Positions 25,937 through 32,000 of a stretch of DNA of 32,000 nt are shown here, in pieces. Positions within the stretch are counted from its first letter, which is position 1. Every line of letters starts with the position of its first letter. A program made the translations under genes and the position numbers. The notes under the pieces were generated by a model. That model made no database searches and was not told where the DNA came from. It worked only from the letters and a program-made list of their open reading frames with translations. Source of the DNA: Pseudomonas aeruginosa (GTDB taxonomy: Bacteria; Pseudomonadota; Gammaproteobacteria; Pseudomonadales; Pseudomonadaceae); the NCBI RefSeq assembly GCF_001457615.1, contig NZ_LN831024.1:5790001-5822000 (forward strand). Direction: 5' to 3'.

Positions 25937-27346
25937 ATGTCGTACAAGTCGCACCAACTGATCAAAGACCATGACGTGAAGTGGGTAGACCTGCGCTTCA
26001 CCGATACCAAGGGCAAGCAGCAACACGTCACCATGCCGGCTCGCGACGCGCTGGACGATGAGTTCTTCGAAGCCGGCAAGATGTTCGACGGCTCCTCCAT
26101 CGCCGGCTGGAAAGGCATCGAAGCCTCCGACATGATCCTGATGCCGGACGACAGCACCGCCGTCCTCGATCCGTTCACCGAAGAGCCGACCCTGATCCTG
26201 GTCTGCGACATCATCGAGCCGAGCACCATGCAAGGCTACGAGCGCGACCCGCGCAACATCGCCAAGCGCGCCGAGGAGTACCTGAAGTCCACCGGCATCG
26301 GCGACACCGTGTTCGTCGGCCCGGAGCCGGAGTTCTTCATCTTCGACGAAGTGAAGTTCAAGTCCGACATCTCCGGCTCGATGTTCAAGATCTTCTCCGA
26401 GCAGGCTTCCTGGAACACCGACGCCGACATCGAGTCCGGCAACAAGGGCCATCGCCCGGGCGTGAAGGGCGGCTACTTCCCGGTACCGCCGGTCGACCAC
26501 GACCATGAAATCCGCACCGCCATGTGCAACGCCCTGGAAGAAATGGGCCTGGTGGTCGAAGTCCACCACCACGAAGTGGCAACCGCCGGCCAGAACGAGA
26601 TCGGCGTGAAGTTCAACACCCTGGTCGCCAAGGCCGACGAAGTGCAGACCCTGAAGTACTGCGTGCACAACGTCGCCGACGCCTACGGCAAGACCGTGAC
26701 CTTCATGCCGAAGCCGCTGTACGGCGACAACGGTTCGGGCATGCACGTGCACATGTCGATCTCCAAGGACGGCAAGAACACCTTCGCCGGCGAAGGCTAT
26801 GCCGGCCTGTCCGAGACCGCCCTGTACTTCATCGGCGGCATCATCAAGCACGGCAAGGCCCTGAACGGCTTCACCAACCCCTCGACCAACTCCTACAAGC
26901 GCCTGGTCCCGGGCTTCGAAGCTCCGGTGATGCTGGCCTACTCGGCGCGCAACCGTTCCGCCTCGATCCGTATCCCCTACGTATCCAGCCCGAAGGCCCG
27001 CCGTATCGAAGCGCGCTTCCCGGACCCGGCAGCCAACCCCTACCTGGCCTTCGCCGCGCTGCTGATGGCCGGCCTGGACGGCATCCAGAACAAGATCCAC
27101 CCCGGCGATGCCGCCGACAAGAACCTGTACGACCTGCCGCCGGAAGAGGCGAAGGAAATCCCGCAGGTTTGCGGCAGCCTGAAAGAGGCGCTGGAAGAAC
27201 TCGACAAGGGCCGCGCGTTCCTGACCAAGGGCGGCGTGTTCACCGACGAGTTCATCGATGCCTACATCGAGCTGAAGAGCGAAGAAGAGATCAAGGTGCG
27301 CACCTTCGTGCACCCGCTGGAATACGACCTGTACTACAGCGTCTGA
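25937..27346 (+). CDS. glnA: Glutamine synthetase type I
   Basis: ORF 25937..27346, 469 aa, with GGAGGA SD. Sequence [30 protein letters not shown]. The adenylylation-site context is [10 protein letters not shown]. Confidence 0.97.
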   Translation: MSYKSHQLIKDHDVKWVDLRFTDTKGKQQHVTMPARDALDDEFFEAGKMFDGSSIAGWKGIEASDMILMPDDSTAVLDPFTEEPTLILVCDIIEPSTMQGYERDPRNIAKRAEEYLKSTGIGDTVFVGPEPEFFIFDEVKFKSDISGSMFKIFSEQASWNTDADIESGNKGHRPGVKGGYFPVPPVDHDHEIRTAMCNALEEMGLVVEVHHHEVATAGQNEIGVKFNTLVAKADEVQTLKYCVHNVADAYGKTVTFMPKPLYGDNGSGMHVHMSISKDGKNTFAGEGYAGLSETALYFIGGIIKHGKALNGFTNPSTNSYKRLVPGFEAPVMLAYSARNRSASIRIPYVSSPKARRIEARFPDPAANPYLAFAALLMAGLDGIQNKIHPGDAADKNLYDLPPEEAKEIPQVCGSLKEALEELDKGRAFLTKGGVFTDEFIDAYIELKSEEEIKVRTFVHPLEYDLYYSV

Positions 27347-27381
27347 TCCACCCTTTCCTATAACAACGAGTCACCCTCTTG

Positions 27382-27406
27382 AGGCCTCCTTCGGGAGGCC
27401 TTTTTT
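27382..27406 (+). terminator. Rho-independent terminator of glnA
   Basis: aggcctcc-ttcg-ggaggcct followed by TTTTTT, 36 nt after the stop. Confidence 0.9.
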
Positions 27407-27493
27407 ATGGGCCGGCCCATGGAGAAACGCAAAGTTCGCCGCGCCGTTCGGTTAGACTTGCCGCGCTCCCCGCCCCAAGGATAAGGACCGTCC

Positions 27494-27898
27494 ATGCGTC
27501 ACTCTCTCTGGCTCCTGCTTGCCGCCATCCTCAGCCTGCCCGCCCAGGCCGGCACCGAATGCCGCGATATCCACGACCGCGACCTGCGGCGCATGTGCAA
27601 CGCACTGGAACGCGGCGACAGCGGGGATTGCGGCGACATCGACAGCCGCGACATGCGGCGTTACTGCGGCGCGCTGCTGGCGCCGGGACAGCGCTACGAC
27701 TGCGACGACATCCGCGACGGCGACACGCGCCGCCAGTGCCGCGCCATCGTCCGCGGCGACCGCAAGCGCTGCGACGACATCGACAGCCGCGACATGCGCC
27801 GCCAGTGCCGGGCCGTGGTATCGCGTGCGCCGTGGCAGTGCGACGGCATCGACGACCGCGACATGCGCCGCATCTGCCGGGTCATCCTGTCGCGCTAG
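27494..27898 (+). CDS. Secreted Cys-periodic repeat protein of unknown function (134 aa)
   Basis: ORF 27494..27898 with AAGGA SD and signal peptide MRHSLWLLLAAILSLPAQA. The mature part is five tandem units of C-x-D-I-x2-R-D-x-R-R-x-C-x10/11. Confidence 0.85.
   Translation: MRHSLWLLLAAILSLPAQAGTECRDIHDRDLRRMCNALERGDSGDCGDIDSRDMRRYCGALLAPGQRYDCDDIRDGDTRRQCRAIVRGDRKRCDDIDSRDMRRQCRAVVSRAPWQCDGIDDRDMRRICRVILSR
27560..27895 (+). repeat. Five in-frame tandem coding repeats (69-72 nt period)
   Basis: Units start at Cys codons 27560, 27629, 27701, 27770 and 27839. A 23-nt core, gacatcgacagccgcgacatgcg, is identical at 27635-27657 and 27776-27798. Confidence 0.85.
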
Positions 27899-30147
27899 AT
27901 GCCGCCGTCCGCCGGCGTGCCCTGCTCGTCCGGTTCCGCGGATTTCGCCTTGGGCGCCCGGCTCAACTGTACGTTGAGACGCGGCATGGACAGTTCAAGG
28001 CCGGCCTGGTCGAGGCGCCGACGCAGGCGCAGGTTGAACGCCCGCTGGACCTCCCACTGCTTGATCGGCGCGGTCTTGAAGCGGAAGCGCAGGATCGCCT
28101 GGCCGTTGTCGAAACTCTCCACGCCCTGCAATTCCATCGGCGACCACAGGTTGCGGTAGACCGCCGGGTCGCTGCGCAGCTCCATCGCGACCTCGCGCAC
28201 CAGCGCCACCGCGTCGTCGATCGGCATGCTCGCCGGCACCGGCCAGCGGAACATCGCGTAGCCGAACTGGCGCGAGTAGTTCTTGATGCTCTTGATCTCG
28301 CTGAACGGGATGGTATGCACCACGCCGTCCAGGTCGCGCAGGCGCACGGTACGGATAGTCAGGCCCTCGACCGTGCCAAGGTGGCCGCCGACGTCGACGT
28401 AGTCGTCGATCGACAGCGAGTCCTCGATGATGATGAACAGGCCGGTGATCAGGTCCGCCACCAGCGACTGCGCACCGAAGCCGATGGCCAGGCCGATCAC
28501 GCCGGCACCGGCCAGCAGCGGGGTGACGTTCATGCCCATGTTGGCCAGGGCGACGATCAGGGCGATCACCGCGATGGTGGCGAACAGCACGTTGCGGATC
28601 AGCGGCAGCATGGTCAGCGCGCGGGTGTTCGGCCGGCTCTTGCCGCCCAGGCCGAGGCTGTGCTGGATCGCGGTATCGGTGAGGATCCAGATCAGCCAGG
28701 CGACCAGCAGGGTGGTGCCGAAGCTGACTACCTTCATGCTGATCTGCTCGCCCTCGCCTTCCGCATAGCGAATCAGCGACATGCCCCAGACGCGCAAGGC
28801 GACCTCGATGAAGAACAGCACCACGAAGATGTGCAGCAGGGTGTAGCCGAAGCTCTGCAACTGCTCGATGTACGGCGCGCTGCGGCGCGGGCCGGCGCCG
28901 ACCCGACTGGAACGGCGGCGGATCAGCCCGATCACGGTCATCGCCACCACCGCCAGCACCGCGCAGACCAGCGCCCGGCGCAACGCCGAACTGCTGTCGC
29001 CGGCGGAAACGAAGGTGGCGAACAGGGAAATCCCCACCAGCACCAGCACCGGCACGAACCACAGCGAGCCGACCAGTTGCACCAGGTCGTGCAGGCTACG
29101 GCGCTTGAGGCGGCGCTCCAGCGGCTGGTTGCGGATCAGGTGGGCGATCGGCCGGCGGAAACGCATCACGAACAAGGCGGTGAACAGCGCGGCGCTGGCG
29201 TTGGCCAGGGTACTCAGGCAGATCGAGGTGTGCTCGCCGAGGCCGGCGATCAGCCGCGGATCGTGGGCGACCTCGCCCAGCGCGGCGAGGCTGCCGATCA
29301 GCCACAACGGGCGGAACGCCTGGCGCCGCAGGATATCCAGGGCGCGCTGGCGGTGCGGGCCGCTGAGCAGCGAGAGGGAAATCACGCACAGCGCGGAGAA
29401 CAGCGTGCCGCAGACCAGCACATAGGCCATGACCATCGCCAGGGTCTTGCTCAGGGAGTCCGGCAGCACCACCGACAGGTACAGGGTGATGAGGAAGGCC
29501 ACCAGCCAGGGGCCCAGCTTGCGCAGGGAAAACAGCAGCAGGTCGCGGGTCTTCGGATGCTGCGGCAACTCCGCCGACAGGCCGAAGCGCTCGCGCATGC
29601 GCCGGCTGAGCCAGAGCAGCGCGCTGGCCAGGCAGGCCCAGAGGAGGATCACCACCGAAAAATCGAAGACCATCGCCGGCAGGTCGCGCCAGCTGGGAAA
29701 GCGCTCCTCGAGTTCGGCACGCGCCAGCTGGAACTGGTTGCCCCATAACGCAACCGGGCTGTTCGCGCCCTGGAACTGCTTTTCCAGGCTGGTCAGGGTA
29801 TCGCCGATCAGCCCCAGCACCCCACCCTCGCTTTCCTTGCCTTTCTTGGTCACGTCGCGCAGCTGTTTCAGCTTTTTCAGCAGGTCGGCGCGCTGCCTGT
29901 CGTTCTCCAGGGTCTGGATGACCTGGTTCAGCGATTGTTCCAACTGCGCATCGCTGACCTTCTCGCCACCGGAGGAACTCCCCGCCAACGGGTTCGGCAG
30001 CGCCGCGGCGCCCGGCGGCGAGTAGAACAGAGCGGCGCAGAGGCACAGCAGCAGGGCCGCCAGGACGCGGGAGCGAAGGGTGAAGCGGGCGATGATCGGC
30101 ACGAGAAAGGCAGTCCCCAAGGTGAGAAACCGAAACAGCCGCATCAT
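27895..30147 (-). CDS. MscS-family (MscK/YjeP-like) mechanosensitive channel
   Basis: ORF 27895..30360. I place the start at ATG 30147 (MMRLFRF...). An alternative is GTG 30102, giving MPIIARFTLRSRVLAALLLCLCAALF. The protein has a periplasmic helical region, multiple TM segments, and the MscS core LLAGAGVIGLAIGFGAQSLVADLITGLFIIIED...GTVEGLTIRTVRLRDLDGVVHTIPF. Confidence 0.85.
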   Translation of the reverse strand: MMRLFRFLTLGTAFLVPIIARFTLRSRVLAALLLCLCAALFYSPPGAAALPNPLAGSSSGGEKVSDAQLEQSLNQVIQTLENDRQRADLLKKLKQLRDVTKKGKESEGGVLGLIGDTLTSLEKQFQGANSPVALWGNQFQLARAELEERFPSWRDLPAMVFDFSVVILLWACLASALLWLSRRMRERFGLSAELPQHPKTRDLLLFSLRKLGPWLVAFLITLYLSVVLPDSLSKTLAMVMAYVLVCGTLFSALCVISLSLLSGPHRQRALDILRRQAFRPLWLIGSLAALGEVAHDPRLIAGLGEHTSICLSTLANASAALFTALFVMRFRRPIAHLIRNQPLERRLKRRSLHDLVQLVGSLWFVPVLVLVGISLFATFVSAGDSSSALRRALVCAVLAVVAMTVIGLIRRRSSRVGAGPRRSAPYIEQLQSFGYTLLHIFVVLFFIEVALRVWGMSLIRYAEGEGEQISMKVVSFGTTLLVAWLIWILTDTAIQHSLGLGGKSRPNTRALTMLPLIRNVLFATIAVIALIVALANMGMNVTPLLAGAGVIGLAIGFGAQSLVADLITGLFIIIEDSLSIDDYVDVGGHLGTVEGLTIRTVRLRDLDGVVHTIPFSEIKSIKNYSRQFGYAMFRWPVPASMPIDDAVALVREVAMELRSDPAVYRNLWSPMELQGVESFDNGQAILRFRFKTAPIKQWEVQRAFNLRLRRRLDQAGLELSMPRLNVQLSRAPKAKSAEPDEQGTPADGGI

Positions 30148-30389
30148 ACAAGCCGGACACCCGCCGTTTCGAACGGGGCCGCCGGCCGGCGGCGCAAGCA
30201 CAGACACTCTGGCGCAACGAGGGTTCGCCCCGCCAGTGCCGGCTGAGACGAACGCAGCCGCGCGGCGGGGCACAGCGACCGCCAACGTGCCCCAGCGCAC
30301 ACCTTCGAATACCCGCATGCCGCACAATGCACGGCTTGCCAGCGCGCCGATGCGGTGCAACGCTTGGCAGGTTCACCCGGAGACCGTCC

Positions 30390-30911
30390 ATGCGCCTGAT
30401 CACCAGCTGCCTGCTCCTGGCCGCCGCCCTGCCGGCCATGGCGCAGATCTACCAATACACCGACGCCAACGGCAACAAGGTATTCACCAACCAGCCGCCA
30501 GACGGGGTGCAGGCGCAGACCGTCGAACTGCAGCCGACCAATACCGTAGGAATCGACACGCCGGAAAAGTCCTCCGCGGGCAATGCCCCGGCCGCCGATA
30601 GCGAGGCCGCCGCCTACGAGATCCTTGCCCTCAGCGACCTCCCCACGGAAGAGGCGCTGCGCGCCAACAACGGCACCTTCAACGTCAGCGTCAGCATCCG
30701 CCCGGCCCTGCACAGCGGCCACCAGTTGCAACTGGTGCTGGACGGCAAACCCTACGGCACGCCCAGCAGCGGCACCCGCTTCACCCTGCACGAGATCGAC
30801 CGCGGCGACCACAGCCTCGCGGTACAGGTACTCAACGGCGAACGGGTGCTGCAATCCAGCCCGCCGGTGACCTTCACCGTGCAGCGCGTGCACCTCGGGA
30901 AGAAGCGATGA
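30390..30911 (+). CDS. DUF4124-domain exported protein (173 aa)
   Basis: ORF 30327..30911. ATG 30390 follows GGAGA and gives a signal peptide (MRLITSCLLLAAALPAMA), then IYQYTDANGNKVFTNQPPDG (DUF4124-type motif). Confidence 0.85.
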   Translation: MRLITSCLLLAAALPAMAQIYQYTDANGNKVFTNQPPDGVQAQTVELQPTNTVGIDTPEKSSAGNAPAADSEAAAYEILALSDLPTEEALRANNGTFNVSVSIRPALHSGHQLQLVLDGKPYGTPSSGTRFTLHEIDRGDHSLAVQVLNGERVLQSSPPVTFTVQRVHLGKKR

Positions 30912-31480
30912 TCCCGCGCATTCTCGGCGCCCTCCTGCTGTGCCTGGCCTGCGCCGCGCAAGCGGGGGTCTACACCTACATCGACGCCGAGGGCAACCGC
31001 GTCTACACCGACCAGCCGCCCAGCGGGCGCAAGGCCCAACGCGTCGAACTGGCGCCGGGCAACAGCGTGGCGCCGCCGGGCATACGCTATCGTCCGCCCG
31101 CCGCGCCGCTGGAGGTGAAGCCGCCGGCCTACCAGCTACTGCGCATCCTCTTCCCCGAACCGGACGCAACCCTGCGCGCCAACAGCGGCGACGTCATCGT
31201 CACCGTCACCAGCGAGCCGGCGCTGCTGCCCGGCCATCGCTATCGCCTGCTGCTCGACGGCAAGCCTGCCGGAGTGCCGGGACGCAGCCCGGTGTTCCCG
31301 TTGAAGAACCTCGATCGCGGCACCCACCAGGTCGCAGTGGAAATCATCGATGGCGACGGCATGACCGTCGAAAGCACCCCGAGCCAGCCCTTCCACCTGC
31401 ATCGAGTGAGCATCGCCGGGCAACCCCTGCCGGAGGTCGATACGCCGCTGGTCAGCGCGATAGAGCCAAGCGAGCGCTAG
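30908..31480 (+). CDS. DUF4124-domain exported protein, paralogue of the upstream gene (190 aa)
   Basis: ORF 30908..31480. The ATG overlaps the upstream TGA (ATGA). Signal peptide MIPRILGALLLCLACAAQA is followed by VYTYIDAEGNRVYTDQPPSG. The C-terminal domain is collinear with that of its neighbour. Confidence 0.88.
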   Translation: MIPRILGALLLCLACAAQAGVYTYIDAEGNRVYTDQPPSGRKAQRVELAPGNSVAPPGIRYRPPAAPLEVKPPAYQLLRILFPEPDATLRANSGDVIVTVTSEPALLPGHRYRLLLDGKPAGVPGRSPVFPLKNLDRGTHQVAVEIIDGDGMTVESTPSQPFHLHRVSIAGQPLPEVDTPLVSAIEPSER

Positions 31481-31490
31481 CCGAACTTCC

Positions 31491-31519
31491 CCTGCCCACT
31501 CCACGGTGGGCGGGATTTT
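31491..31519 (+). terminator. Rho-independent terminator after the DUF4124 pair
   Basis: The stem cctgcccac / gtgggcggg (with one G-U pair) has a 6-nt loop and is followed by aTTTTcc. It lies 11 nt after the stop. Confidence 0.6.
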
Positions 31520-31569
31520 CCGGTTTATTTCCCGATTCTCCTGGCGAAAACGCCGCCGGCCACGCCAAC

Positions 31570-31584
31570 GCACCAGATTGGTGC
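31570..31584. promoter_or_regulatory. NtrC-type dyad upstream of ntrB
   Basis: GCACC-AGATT-GGTGC is a perfect inverted repeat. A further GCACC occurs at 31593-31597, and a TATACT hexamer at 31604-31609. Confidence 0.6.
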
Positions 31585-31701
31585 GATTACCCGCACCACT
31601 TTCTATACTGTCCCCATTTCGGGTCACCGCTCGTCGCCGAAAACCTTCCCGGCGCACCTCTAGCCAGCGCCTCGGCAGAAAAAACGCGCCTTTTCGGCGC
31701 C

Positions 31702-31717
31702 TGGTTTGCTTTTTGCA
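31702..31717 (+). promoter_or_regulatory. Weak sigma54-like -24/-12 element upstream of ntrB
   Basis: TGGTTT-GCTTT-TTGCA has the correct GG-to-GC spacing and an exact TTGCA, but TTT replaces CAC. It lies 34 nt upstream of the ntrB ATG. Confidence 0.35.
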
Positions 31718-31750
31718 TTTTCCTGCCCAACCTTGGAACAGCTGCCCGCC

Positions 31751-32000
31751 ATGCCGACCGATACCCTGCACCGACTGCTGCTCGACAACCTGACCACCGC
31801 GGTGATCCTGCTCAACGGCGAATTGCGCCTGGAGTACATGAACCCGGCGGCGGAGATGCTCCTGGCCGTGAGCGGCCAGCGCAGCCACGGGCAATTCATC
31901 AGCGAGCTGTTCACCGAATCGCCGGAAGCCTTGAACTCGCTGCGCCAGGCGGTGGAACAGGCGCATCCGTTCACCAAGCGCGAAGCGACCCTGACCTCGA
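31751..32000 (+). CDS. ntrB: Nitrogen-regulation sensor kinase NtrB, first 83 codons (runs off the window)
   Basis: ATG 31751 opens a frame that stays open to the window end. Sequence MPTDTLHRLLLDNLTTAVILLNGELRLEYMNPAAEMLLAVSGQRSHGQFISELF (N-terminal PAS region). Confidence 0.9.
   Translation, partial: MPTDTLHRLLLDNLTTAVILLNGELRLEYMNPAAEMLLAVSGQRSHGQFISELFTESPEALNSLRQAVEQAHPFTKREATLTS

Noticed and set aside
25835-27313. 492-aa minus-strand ORF
   Set aside because: It is antisense to glnA. This is an open antisense frame of a GC-rich conserved gene, with no start context or motifs.
27560-27895. 69-72-bp tandem periodicity that could be mistaken for a CRISPR or satellite array
   Set aside because: The repeats are in frame, contiguous without spacers, and encode a conserved Cys motif inside an ORF with SD and signal peptide. 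It is a coding repeat.
27379-29748. 789-aa plus-strand ORF
   Set aside because: It overlaps the real repeat-protein gene in another frame and is then antisense to the MscS-family gene. It is Arg/His/Gln/Pro-rich junk.
30148-30360. N-terminal extension of the channel ORF (MHRIGALASRALCG...) within the GC-rich 242-bp divergent gap
   Set aside because: The extension has no membrane or signal features and lower third-position G/C. The hydrophobic signal-like N-terminus begins only at 30147 or 30102.

Overview
This is GC-rich Pseudomonas-type core chromosome, with third codon positions almost all G/C. Gene order and protein sequences match my memory of P. aeruginosa PAO1 PA5098-PA5124; that is recall, not a database search.

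Contents, left to right:
- The histidine-utilisation (hut) locus: hutH (partial), an NCS1 permease, hutU, three non-hut genes, hutD, hutC and the divergent hutF.
- A small lipoprotein plus blc, a DUF924 gene, fbp, gloA3 and the estA autotransporter esterase.
- A translationally coupled DUF3999/DUF2339 envelope pair.
- A SAM methyltransferase with a divergent MerR regulator.
- typA, thiI, and glnA with its NtrC/sigma54 control region.
- A secreted Cys-periodic repeat protein, an MscS-family channel, two tandem DUF4124 genes and the 5' end of ntrB.

That makes 27 protein-coding loci, 20 on the minus strand. I saw no tRNA, rRNA, CRISPR, IS/transposase, integrase or phage genes, and nothing looks horizontally acquired. 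Many long ORFs in the track are antisense or out-of-frame artefacts of the high GC content. The ORF track writes alternative start codons (at least GTG) as M.

I do not see a clear-cut new defence or mobile system. The observations most worth a second look are:
1. hutF is broken by a net -1 frameshift.
2. The MerR regulator has a frame discontinuity and seems to lack its dimerisation helix. It sits next to a textbook 19-bp-spacer MerR-type promoter.
3. The uncharacterised DUF3999/DUF2339 operon.
4. A secreted protein built from five C-x11-C repeats, whose stop codon overlaps that of the convergent channel gene.
5. A three-gene module (orphan betaine-type binding protein, membrane desaturase-like protein, cytoplasmic PhnD-like protein) embedded in the hut locus.
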